From an uncultured Fidelibacterota bacterium (GTDB lineage: Bacteria; Fidelibacterota; Marinisomatia; Marinisomatales; UBA1611): a stretch of DNA of 26,119 nucleotides. A program made the translations under genes and the position numbers. The stretch lies in the NCBI GenBank assembly GCA_913040915.1, contig CAJWHW010000027.1:1-26119 (forward strand), in the 5' to 3' direction. How positions within the stretch are numbered: the stretch's first letter is position 1; each line of letters begins with the position of its first letter. Of the stretch, positions 7,732 to 16,279 are shown piece after piece. A model generated the notes under the pieces. The model was not told the DNA's origin and searched no databases. It saw nothing but the letters and a program-made list of their open reading frames with translations.

Positions 7732-9291
7732 ATGCAAAATTCGCGCGGAAAAATTCTTTGGATCGATGACGAGATCCACCATTTAAAACCTCATATTCTT
7801 TTTCTTGAAGAAAAAGGTTATATAATTATACAAACAGCAAATGGTCAAGATGGTATTGCACTGGTTGAAAAGTATAACCCGGATCTTGTTTTATTGGATC
7901 AATCTATGCCCGGAATGGATGGACTTGAAACCCTCTTGGGATTAAAAAAGATTCGCTCAACATTACCTGTTATCATGATTACAAAAACAGAAGATGAATG
8001 GCTTATGGATGAGGCAATCACAGGACAGGTAGAACAGTTTCTAATAAAACCAGTTAATCCAAGCCAAATCTTTATGGCTTGTAAACAAACCTTAGAGAAG
8101 ATAAAACTTAGTGAAGAAAAGGCCACCAGTGATTATTTGAAGGAATTTCAAGAAATAGATGAACGATTGCGAGATGATCTTACAGCTGATGATTGGTGGG
8201 AATTATATAATCGTTTGGTAGACTGGCAACTTAAATTTGATCAATACAAAGATATCGGGTTAGGCTCAATCCTTGAAGAACAAATTCAAAGCTGTAATCG
8301 AGAATTTGGTAATTTTATTGAATCAAATTATAAAGAATGGCTGGGTGGCTCAGATTCTCCTATTCTTTCCATTGATGTCATTCCAGAATTTGTTAAACCG
8401 GTTTTGGACAGGGATGAAAAAGTATGCCTTTTGGTAGTTGATTGTATGCGTCATGATCATCTTAAATCTATGTTACCTTTATTGGAACTCTACTTTAATA
8501 TTGAATTGAATTATAAATTTTCTCTACTGCCAACGGCAACTCCATATTCGAGAAATGCAATTTTTTCCGGATTATTTCCTGACAAAATGGTGAAAAAGTA
8601 TCCTCAACAGTATAAAGATATGGAAGGTGGTTCACACAGTTTAAATCAACATGAAAAACAATTTTTGATAGACCAGCTGAAAAAACTGGGTTTAGAAAAT
8701 AAAAAGGTTCATTATCATAAAATTTGGGCGGTTCAAGAAGGAAAAAAATTTCAGAATAGGATCAAGGATTTCATTCAACAGGATGTATTAGCGTTGGTAG
8801 TGAATTTTGTGGATATACTTGCTCACAAAAGTTCCCAAATGGATGTCTTAAAGGAAATGGTCCCTGATGAATCAGGTTATCGCCTTGCAGTAAAATCCTG
8901 GCTAGAAAATTCCTGGCTACTTAAAGTACTGAAGGAACTGAGTTCAAATAATTTTACTGTAATTATGACCAGTGATCACGGCAGCATCCGAGTAAAACAT
9001 GATGTAATGGTAGCAGCGGATAAAGATGCTTCTACAGGTGTTCGATACAAATTTGGGCGTAACCTTAAAACAAATGATAAAAATGCACTTATAATCCGAG
9101 AACCAAAAAAATTTTGCTTGCCGAATTTTGGCCATCAGCCCAGCTATATTTTAGCAAAAGATGAATACTATTTTGTCTATCCAAACCAAGCACATAAATA
9201 TCAGGAAAAATTCAAAAATTCATTTCAACATGGAGGTATTTCCATGGAAGAAATGATGGTTCCAATAGCCATAATGAAGGGGCGTAAATGA
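7732..9291 (+). CDS. porX: PorX-like response regulator (receiver + PglZ / alkaline-phosphatase-superfamily domain), 519 aa
   Basis: Receiver motifs WIDDE, LLDQSMPGMDG, MITK and KP. PglZ motifs VVDCMRHD, LPTATPYSRNAIFSG, NFVDILAH, TSDHG and FQHGGISMEEM. No DNA-binding domain. Followed by tsaE as in Bacteroidetes. Confidence 0.88.
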   Translation: MQNSRGKILWIDDEIHHLKPHILFLEEKGYIIIQTANGQDGIALVEKYNPDLVLLDQSMPGMDGLETLLGLKKIRSTLPVIMITKTEDEWLMDEAITGQVEQFLIKPVNPSQIFMACKQTLEKIKLSEEKATSDYLKEFQEIDERLRDDLTADDWWELYNRLVDWQLKFDQYKDIGLGSILEEQIQSCNREFGNFIESNYKEWLGGSDSPILSIDVIPEFVKPVLDRDEKVCLLVVDCMRHDHLKSMLPLLELYFNIELNYKFSLLPTATPYSRNAIFSGLFPDKMVKKYPQQYKDMEGGSHSLNQHEKQFLIDQLKKLGLENKKVHYHKIWAVQEGKKFQNRIKDFIQQDVLALVVNFVDILAHKSSQMDVLKEMVPDESGYRLAVKSWLENSWLLKVLKELSSNNFTVIMTSDHGSIRVKHDVMVAADKDASTGVRYKFGRNLKTNDKNALIIREPKKFCLPNFGHQPSYILAKDEYYFVYPNQAHKYQEKFKNSFQHGGISMEEMMVPIAIMKGRK

Positions 9292-9728
9292 TGGTAGTAG
9301 AATGCCATTCAGTGGAAGAAACACACTCCTTTGCAGCCAGATTAGCAAAAAAAATACCATCAGGTTCTGTGATTGGTTTGATTGGAAATTTAGGAACTGG
9401 TAAAACAACTTTTACGCAGGGATTCGCCCATGCATTAAAAATTGATGAAAGAGTTGGTTCACCTACATTTAAACTGGTATCAGAATATAATGGTGACCCT
9501 CATTATTTATTCCATATAGATTGTTATCGACTCGAAAATATCACAGATTTTCTTAATATAGGTGGAGAAGAATTTTTGATGCCTGAGAATGGAGTTACTT
9601 TAATGGAATGGGCAGATATAATACAGGATATTTTACCTGCAGAAACAATTTTCATCAAATTTTTAAGAATTCAAGATAAACCTGATAGCAGAAAACTATT
9701 AGTGGAAGGGTTTAACGGTGAAATCTAA
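9288..9728 (+). CDS. tsaE: tRNA t6A biosynthesis ATPase TsaE
   Basis: Walker A GNLGTGKTT; SPTF, HIDCYRL and EW motifs; 146 aa. Confidence 0.96.
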   Translation: MMVVECHSVEETHSFAARLAKKIPSGSVIGLIGNLGTGKTTFTQGFAHALKIDERVGSPTFKLVSEYNGDPHYLFHIDCYRLENITDFLNIGGEEFLMPENGVTLMEWADIIQDILPAETIFIKFLRIQDKPDSRKLLVEGFNGEI

Positions 9729-10371
9729 TCAAATCCTGGCAATTGAAACGTCATCTTCCATTTGCGGAGTTGCTATTTTTAAAAATAATGAATTGGTGAG
9801 TATAGTTGAAGAACTCGCAGATAGAAAACATGCTGAGATTATTCCGTCATTTATTGAGAAAGTAGTTTCAGATTCAGGTATATCTTTATCAAAATTGAAT
9901 GCAATTGCCATCAGTATCGGGCCAGGTTCATTTACAGGTCTTAGAATTGGCTTAGGATTTGCAAAAGGAATAGCATACGCAAAAAGATTACCAATTATAC
10001 CGGTTCCAACAATGACTGCTATGGCATTTGGATTAAAAAATGAAAAACCTCAAAAAGGGATTTCTCTTTCTCATTCTAATAAAGTTTTTTACCAAGAATA
10101 TAACTGGAATAATTCTATTCCACATTCAATGGAAAAACCAGTTGTGGATAAATTTGAATTAATTAAAAAAAAGATTTCTCCAGATGATCTCATATTCCAA
10201 TGGAATTGTGATAATTTATTATCACTTAGGAATAAAATTTTTCATGCTACCCCTTCAGCTGAAAATATAGGAAAACTTGCAACAATAAAATTTGATGATT
10301 GGAAGGTTAATAATCCCTTTGATATGGTTCCAGAGTATATTGCACCTTTTGTGGTGCATTCAAAAAAATGA
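9718..10371 (+). CDS. tsaB: tRNA t6A biosynthesis protein TsaB
   Basis: ILAIETSS and GPGSFTGLRIG motifs; GTG start; lies between tsaE and rimI. Confidence 0.95.
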   Translation: MKSNQILAIETSSSICGVAIFKNNELVSIVEELADRKHAEIIPSFIEKVVSDSGISLSKLNAIAISIGPGSFTGLRIGLGFAKGIAYAKRLPIIPVPTMTAMAFGLKNEKPQKGISLSHSNKVFYQEYNWNNSIPHSMEKPVVDKFELIKKKISPDDLIFQWNCDNLLSLRNKIFHATPSAENIGKLATIKFDDWKVNNPFDMVPEYIAPFVVHSKK

Positions 10372-10802
10372 TCATCAGACAGGGAATCAAAACAGATCTA
10401 GAAAAAATATACCAAATTGAAAAACTTGTATTTCCAAAATCCTACTGGAGTAAAAGTATGCTCAGTCAGGAATTACAATTTAACAATGATAGGCTGTCAT
10501 GGGTTGTTGAAAAATGTGAGGAATTAATAGGGTATTGTATGCTTCGGTTTGGATTCGATGAAATTCAATTGATAAACATGGCGATTCTTCCACAATATCA
10601 AAAGCGGGGAGTTGGTACCAGTCTTTTAAATCATTTTTTAAACCAAATTCCTCCTAAAACATCCGTATCTTTAGAAGTAGAAAGAGGTAATTTCCCCGCC
10701 ATCAATCTTTATTTAAAAATAGGTTTTGAGGAGATTGGAATTAGGAAAAATTATTACCAGAATGGTTCAGATGCTATGGTTATGCAATTAACAACCAAAT
10801 GA
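10368..10802 (+). CDS. rimI: Ribosomal protein S18 alanine N-acetyltransferase (GNAT)
   Basis: QKRGVG acetyl-CoA loop; LEV..GNFPAINLY.KIGF..IGIRKNYY..G.DA; canonical tsaB-rimI order. Confidence 0.9.
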   Translation: MIIRQGIKTDLEKIYQIEKLVFPKSYWSKSMLSQELQFNNDRLSWVVEKCEELIGYCMLRFGFDEIQLINMAILPQYQKRGVGTSLLNHFLNQIPPKTSVSLEVERGNFPAINLYLKIGFEEIGIRKNYYQNGSDAMVMQLTTK

Positions 10803-10823
10803 AGAATTGGTTACCGTTTAACG

Positions 10824-11660
10824 ATGTCTTGGTTTAAAAGAAAAGAAAAAAAAATTAAGGATTCGGAAAAAAAATCGATTCCAGATGGATTATGGGATAA
10901 ATGCCCATCCTGTTCTGAAATACTTTATCGTCCGGAATTAGAGAAGAATTTATCTGTTTGCCACCATTGTAATCACCATTTCAGAGTGATACCTCAGATA
11001 TATGTTGACTTATTATTAGATGAAGGTACAGAAAAACAAATCTTTCAAAAACTGGAATCAAAAGATTTTTTAAAGTTCAAAGCTGGGAAGAAGTACAAAG
11101 ATCAAATCATTGCTGCGAAAAATAAGACTGGTGAAAATGATGCCATTAAAGTCTATGAGGGAAAAATTAATAGCCAGGATATAATTCTAGGAATTATGAA
11201 TTTCAGCTTTATCGGCGGCAGTATGGGCTCGGTTGTCGGAGAAGCAGTTTCAAGATCTATTCAAAAAGCGAATGAATTAAAAATTCCTTATATATTAATA
11301 TGTGCGTCCGGTGGTGCCCGCATGCAGGAGGGTGCAATTTCACTGATGCAGCTTGCAAAAACCAGCACACAATTAGCCAAATTTGCTAAAAATGGTGGAC
11401 TTTATATTCCAATTCTTACTGATCCCACAACTGGTGGTGTAACAGCCAGTTATGGTATGCTTGGTGATATTATCTTAGCTGAGCCTGGTGCGCTAATTGG
11501 ATTTGCCGGCCCTCGTGTTATTAAACAAACTATTGGTCAAGATTTACCAAAAGGATTCCAGCGATCAGAATTTTTATTGGAAAAAGGATTTATCGATCAT
11601 ATCATACCCAGGAAAGAGATGAAAGAAAAAATATCAACCATCCTTTCCATTCTTGCATGA
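10824..11660 (+). CDS. accD: Acetyl-CoA carboxylase carboxyltransferase beta subunit
   Basis: Zinc finger CPSC...CHHC; GGSMGSVVGE, SGGARMQEG, DPTTGGVTAS and GFAGPRVI motifs. Confidence 0.98.
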   Translation: MSWFKRKEKKIKDSEKKSIPDGLWDKCPSCSEILYRPELEKNLSVCHHCNHHFRVIPQIYVDLLLDEGTEKQIFQKLESKDFLKFKAGKKYKDQIIAAKNKTGENDAIKVYEGKINSQDIILGIMNFSFIGGSMGSVVGEAVSRSIQKANELKIPYILICASGGARMQEGAISLMQLAKTSTQLAKFAKNGGLYIPILTDPTTGGVTASYGMLGDIILAEPGALIGFAGPRVIKQTIGQDLPKGFQRSEFLLEKGFIDHIIPRKEMKEKISTILSILA

Positions 11661-12424
11661 AAAAACCAAAAATTCTGATTTCAAATGATGATGGCATATT
11701 CGCTCCTGGGATTAGAGCTTTATGGGAAGCCATGTCGGAAATCGGTGATCCAATTGTTGTTGCTCCAGATACAGAACGAAGTGCAGTTGGGCATGCCATT
11801 ACAATCACAGACCCATTACGGGTAGTACCCGTTCATCGTTCTGGTGGGTTCGAAGGATTAGCCGTATCCGGTACACCTGCTGATTGTGCTAAAATTGCTA
11901 TTAAATCCATTTTAGATCAGAAACCTGATCTGATGATTTCAGGGATTAATTCAGGATCAAACCTAGGGACTAATTTAATTTATTCTGGTACTATTTCAGC
12001 CGCTACAGAAGGAACAATGTTAGGCATCCCTGCTATCGCCATTAGCTTAAATTCTTATGCGTCAGATGACTATCGCGGGGCAAAACAAACTGCAATTCAA
12101 ATCGCCCAAAATGTACTTTCTTTTGGGATTCCTAAAGGAACTTTGCTAAATGTGAATGTACCATATTGCATACCGGAAAAAATCAAGGGAATAAAGATAA
12201 CCCGGCAAGGTAAACAATATTTTAAGGATGAATTTGAAAAACGTGAAGATCCTCGCGGCAGATCTTACTATTGGATGAAGGGAAATGTAGTGGATAAGGA
12301 TGAAGATATAATGTATGATGGGAAAGCTGTCAAAGAAAATTATATTAGTATTACTCCGATCCAATTTGACATGACTAATGAAGGCGCAATTAATGATTTA
12401 AAAATTAGATTAGAAAATGAGTGA
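11657..12424 (+). CDS. surE: 5'/3'-nucleotidase SurE
   Basis: ILISNDDG, GTPADC and SGINSGSNLG...YSGT..AA.EG motifs. Confidence 0.97.
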   Translation: MKKPKILISNDDGIFAPGIRALWEAMSEIGDPIVVAPDTERSAVGHAITITDPLRVVPVHRSGGFEGLAVSGTPADCAKIAIKSILDQKPDLMISGINSGSNLGTNLIYSGTISAATEGTMLGIPAIAISLNSYASDDYRGAKQTAIQIAQNVLSFGIPKGTLLNVNVPYCIPEKIKGIKITRQGKQYFKDEFEKREDPRGRSYYWMKGNVVDKDEDIMYDGKAVKENYISITPIQFDMTNEGAINDLKIRLENE

Positions 12425-13967
12425 TATTCATAAGCACGGAGTTGTGATTCTTGATTTTGGATCACAATATACTCAACTCATTGCACGCCGAATTCGTGAA
12501 CAAAATGTATTTTCTGAAATTTTACCTCCGGAAAAGTCATTATCAGATATTTTAAATCGTAAGCCTGCTGCGCTAATTTTATCAGGTGGCCCATCCAGCG
12601 TATACTGGGAAGAAGCACCTGAGTTTGATGAAGAAATTCTAGAAATTGATATACCAATCCTGGGTATCTGTTATGGGCTTCAATTGTTGGCTCATCATCA
12701 TAAAGGAGAAGTAAAAAGTACAGGGCACGGTGAATATGGCTTTGCAACAATCAAAGTGGATGATTCTTCTTCCTTATTTGCGAATGTGGCTTCAGAATCA
12801 AAAGTTTGGATGAGTCATATGGATAGAGTAACCAAACTCCCGGAAGGCTGGCATACTTTGGCCCATTCATCTAATGGTGTGATTGCAGCTATGTCAAATA
12901 AAGAAGGAACACGATTTGCTACCCAGTTTCATCCGGAAGTGATACATACAGAAGTTGGTAAGGAAATTCTAAATAATTTTTTATTTTCAATCGCAAATTG
13001 TTCTCCATCCTGGACACCTGGTAATTTTATTAATGAGCAGGTTGAACTTATTCGTAAACAGGTAGGGGATGGAAAAGTTTTGGTAGGCGTGAGCGGCGGA
13101 GTAGACTCTACAGTAGTAGCTGCATTGTTGCATAAGGCTATTGGTGAAAGGTCAACCGCTGTATTAATAGATCATGGGTTACTTAGAAAAAATGAATCTG
13201 GTGATTGCGTTAAAGCTTTAAAAGATGGTCTTATGGTTAATATTCATTGTTTTGATGAATCTAAGATTTTTTTATCCAAACTAGCGGGAGTAACAGACCC
13301 GGAACAAAAGCGAAAAATTATAGGAAACCAATTCATTTATTCTTTTGATCGTATTGCTGAAGAATTAGGGAAAATGGAATTTTTAGCACAGGGTACGTTG
13401 TACCCTGATGTTATTGAAAGCGGTGTCAACAAAGGCAAAACGGCGCATGTAATAAAAAGTCATCACAATGTAGGAGGTTTGCCTGATGAAATGAAATTTG
13501 AACTAGTAGAACCGCTTCGGGATTTGTTTAAAGATGAAGTAAGAAATGTAGGAAGAGAATTAGGATTGCCACAAACATTGATTGAACGCCATCCATTTCC
13601 TGGACCAGGATTAGCTGTTCGAATTATTGGAGATATAACTAAAGAACGGATCAAAATTTTACAGGAAGCTGACCAGATTTATATGGATGTTCTACATGAA
13701 GATCAACTTTATAATGAAATCTGGCAGGCGTTTGCTATTTTAATACCAGTTCAGACAGTTGGAGTTATGGGCGATCAGCGTACCTATGAGAACTTATTGG
13801 GGGTTCGTGCAGTTACAAGTACTGATGGTATGACTGCAGACTGGTTTCGTATGCCGCAGGAAACATTATCAAAAATTTCGAACCGGATTGTGAATAAGGT
13901 TGGTGGCATCAATCGAGTTGTTTACGATATCACATCCAAACCTCCTGGAACAATTGAATGGGAATGA
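12417..13967 (+). CDS. guaA: GMP synthase (glutamine-hydrolysing)
   Basis: DFGSQYTQLIARR, GICYG, QFHPEV, SGGVDS, HPFPGPGLAVRI motifs and C-terminal KPPGTIEWE. Confidence 0.99.
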   Translation: MSDIHKHGVVILDFGSQYTQLIARRIREQNVFSEILPPEKSLSDILNRKPAALILSGGPSSVYWEEAPEFDEEILEIDIPILGICYGLQLLAHHHKGEVKSTGHGEYGFATIKVDDSSSLFANVASESKVWMSHMDRVTKLPEGWHTLAHSSNGVIAAMSNKEGTRFATQFHPEVIHTEVGKEILNNFLFSIANCSPSWTPGNFINEQVELIRKQVGDGKVLVGVSGGVDSTVVAALLHKAIGERSTAVLIDHGLLRKNESGDCVKALKDGLMVNIHCFDESKIFLSKLAGVTDPEQKRKIIGNQFIYSFDRIAEELGKMEFLAQGTLYPDVIESGVNKGKTAHVIKSHHNVGGLPDEMKFELVEPLRDLFKDEVRNVGRELGLPQTLIERHPFPGPGLAVRIIGDITKERIKILQEADQIYMDVLHEDQLYNEIWQAFAILIPVQTVGVMGDQRTYENLLGVRAVTSTDGMTADWFRMPQETLSKISNRIVNKVGGINRVVYDITSKPPGTIEWE

Positions 13968-13982
13968 TACTATAATGTTTAA

Positions 13983-14011
13983 TTGCGATTGGATGTTAAA
14001 ATAAATATTGT
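13983..14011 (+). promoter_or_regulatory. Candidate sigma70 promoter for glmS
   Basis: TTGCGA (13983-13988) - 17 bp - TATTGT (14006-14011) in the 161-bp AT-rich guaA-glmS gap. Confidence 0.35.
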
Positions 14012-14128
14012 TATAGAAAAAAAAGCTTAGATTGTTCCATTGGAATTATAAACCTTATCAAGGTTATACAAAATATTATTTGAGTTACAGAAAGTAATAA
14101 TTAAACCATAAATTATTGAGAATTTAAA

Positions 14129-15970
14129 ATGTGTGGTATTGTAGGATATGTAGGAGCAAGGGATTCTGTCCCAATTTTATTAAAAGGGTTAAAACGTCTG
14201 GAATATAGAGGGTATGATTCAGCTGGAATCGCTCTTATAAATGGTAAATCTGTTTCTTCAATAAAAAAGGCAGGAAAAGTTTCACAGCTGCAATCTCTAA
14301 TTGATGATACTTCGTTAAATGGTACTATAGGTATAGCTCATACTCGCTGGGCAACTCATGGTGAACCAAATGATATAAACGCTCATCCTCATTTAGATCA
14401 CACTGGTAAAATTGCTCTTATCCACAACGGTATTATAGAAAACTATGAGATACTAAAGGATGTTTTACAGAAACAAGGAATTTCATTTACTAGTGATACG
14501 GACTCTGAAGTCTTGTGCCAACTCATCTCTGCATTATACTACAATGGTGATAAAATTACCTTTGAAGAAGCAGTAAGAGCCGCATTACAGGATGTAGTAG
14601 GCGCTTTTGGTATTGTTGTAATTTGCTCCGATGAACCTGAGACAATGATTGCTGCACGCATGGGAAGTCCTCTGGTTCTTGGTGTCGGAGACGGTGAATA
14701 TTTTTTGGCCAGTGATGCATCGCCTATCGTTGAGCATACCAGAAGTGTGATTTATTTAGATGATGGTGAAATGGTGAAATTGACACATAATGATCATATT
14801 ATATCAGAGATTAATTCCCAAAACATTATAACAAAAAAATTAATTTCCATTAACTTAAGTATAGAAGAAATTGAAAAAGGCGAATTTCCTCATTATATGT
14901 TAAAGGAGATATACGACCAAAATCATTCGATTTCTGATACAATGCGGGGCCGCATAAATTTGGAAGATGGCACTACTCAGTTAGGCGGTATTTCTAATTA
15001 TATCCCAAACCTTGTTTCTGCCTCCCGAATTTATATCACAGCCTGTGGCACATCCTGGCATGCAGGACTTATTGGCAAACAATTGATTGAAGATTATGCA
15101 CGGGTGCCTGTTCATGTGGAATATGCTTCGGAATTTCGTTACAGGAATGCTATTATTGATAGCAATACCGTACTAATTGCTGTTAGCCAATCAGGCGAAA
15201 CAGCTGATACATTAGCAGCTATTCGAAAAGCTAAAGAATTAGGTGCTATTACATTAGGAATTTGTAACGTTGTTGGAAGTACCATAGCTCGGGAAACTGA
15301 TGCGGGTATTTTCACCCATGCGGGGCCGGAAATTGGTGTGGCTTCCACAAAAGCATTTACATCGCAGGTTACAGTACTCACCATGCTGGCACTTATGCTT
15401 GGACGAAAACTGGGCATCGCAAAAAATCGCGGACAAAATTTATTAAGAGCTCTGACTCGAATTGATCAGGATGTTAACACTATTCTTGATTCAAGGGAAA
15501 AAATCCTGGAAGTAGCAAAGAATACTGTTCATGCTGATAATTATCTTTATTTAGGGCGTGGTCTCAATTTCCCTGTGGCGTTAGAAGGCGCGCTAAAGCT
15601 GAAGGAAATTTCTTATATCCATGCAGAAGGCTATCCTGCAGCGGAAATGAAGCACGGTCCCATAGCGCTTATAGATGAAAATATGCCTGTTATTTTTATT
15701 GCACCACAAGATGGAACATTCACAAAAATATTGGCGAATATTCAGGAAGTTAAAGCTCGAAAAGGCATCGTAATTACCATAACAGATCAAGCCAATACAG
15801 AACTCAGATCATTGTCCGATTACATTTTAGAAGTACCGCAAACCGATCAACATTTATTCCCAATCACCAGTTCTATTATTTTGCAATTATTAGCCTACGA
15901 ATTAGCTGTCCTTCGGGGTTGTGATGTTGATATGCCTCGCAACCTCGCCAAGAGCGTTACAGTAGAGTAG
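14129..15970 (+). CDS. glmS: Glutamine--fructose-6-phosphate aminotransferase
   Basis: N-terminal MCGIVG; HTRWATHG, HNGIIEN, SQSGETADT; C-terminal PRNLAKSVTVE. Confidence 0.99.
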   Translation: MCGIVGYVGARDSVPILLKGLKRLEYRGYDSAGIALINGKSVSSIKKAGKVSQLQSLIDDTSLNGTIGIAHTRWATHGEPNDINAHPHLDHTGKIALIHNGIIENYEILKDVLQKQGISFTSDTDSEVLCQLISALYYNGDKITFEEAVRAALQDVVGAFGIVVICSDEPETMIAARMGSPLVLGVGDGEYFLASDASPIVEHTRSVIYLDDGEMVKLTHNDHIISEINSQNIITKKLISINLSIEEIEKGEFPHYMLKEIYDQNHSISDTMRGRINLEDGTTQLGGISNYIPNLVSASRIYITACGTSWHAGLIGKQLIEDYARVPVHVEYASEFRYRNAIIDSNTVLIAVSQSGETADTLAAIRKAKELGAITLGICNVVGSTIARETDAGIFTHAGPEIGVASTKAFTSQVTVLTMLALMLGRKLGIAKNRGQNLLRALTRIDQDVNTILDSREKILEVAKNTVHADNYLYLGRGLNFPVALEGALKLKEISYIHAEGYPAAEMKHGPIALIDENMPVIFIAPQDGTFTKILANIQEVKARKGIVITITDQANTELRSLSDYILEVPQTDQHLFPITSSIILQLLAYELAVLRGCDVDMPRNLAKSVTVE

Positions 15971-15980
15971 ATCGCTATTG

Positions 15981-16035
15981 TAGGGTTTTATCATCTCTTG
16001 ATGATATAGACTTCAATTCATCCCGACCCTATTTT
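15981..16035 (+). other. Structured element after glmS (nested hairpin; possible terminator or cis-regulatory RNA)
   Basis: Outer stem TAGGGT (15981-15986) / ACCCTA (16026-16031) encloses TATCATC-TCTT-GATGATA (15989-16006) and is followed by TTTT. Confidence 0.4.
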
Positions 16036-16114
16036 CAATTTACGAAACGGTAATTAACTTTATTAAATCTTCCGATTCTTTTAAATTCCTTTAATGAAAT
16101 AGGAGGTATAGAAT

Positions 16115-16213
16115 ATGAAATTTATCCAAACAATAAAAAAAGTAGAAACTGTGATCCTTGGTGAAAGAAAGCCAAAGAACCATTGGAAAAAATATCGGAA
16201 AACAAAGTCTTAG
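16115..16213 (+). CDS. Putative small basic protein, 32 aa: MKFIQTIKKVETVILGERKPKNHWKKYRKTKS
   Basis: Perfect SD AGGAGGT at 16101-16107, 7 nt before the ATG. Open frame to TAG at 16211-16213, followed by a terminator-like hairpin. Too short for the ORF track. Confidence 0.65.
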   Translation: MKFIQTIKKVETVILGERKPKNHWKKYRKTKS

Positions 16214-16247
16214 AAAAACTTGATTATTGCGGGATTTTCTTTTTTTT
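16212..16247 (+). terminator. Weak intrinsic terminator after the small ORF
   Basis: AGAAAA-A-CTTG-ATTATTG-CGGG-A-TTTTCT stem (two G-U pairs, one mismatch) followed by a T run through 16247. Confidence 0.45.
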
Positions 16248-16279
16248 ATCTATTTTTTTGTAAATTGATGGGTGTTCAG

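Noticed and set aside
7732..9291. BREX anti-phage system suggested by the PglZ domain
   Set aside because: PglZ is fused to a receiver domain in the PorX architecture, and no brxC, pglX or brxL genes are nearby.
10836..10875. Poly-A tracts as phase-variation sites (accD 5' end; similar runs elsewhere)
   Set aside because: They encode Lys-rich stretches in intact housekeeping frames and are expected in an AT-rich genome.
13968..14128. glmS ribozyme
   Set aside because: The conserved core (AGCGCC...GACGAGG) is absent, and the region is too AT-rich to form the required helices.
15997..16050. Hammerhead ribozyme suggested by TGATGA ... CGAAAC
   Set aside because: The core reads TTGATGA rather than CTGATGA, stem II does not close next to the core, and I could not build stems I and III.
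16220..16279. TTG start for the MORN gene given by the ORF track
   Set aside because: It lies in the hairpin and T-tract after the small ORF. The ATG at 16280 yields a normal signal peptide.
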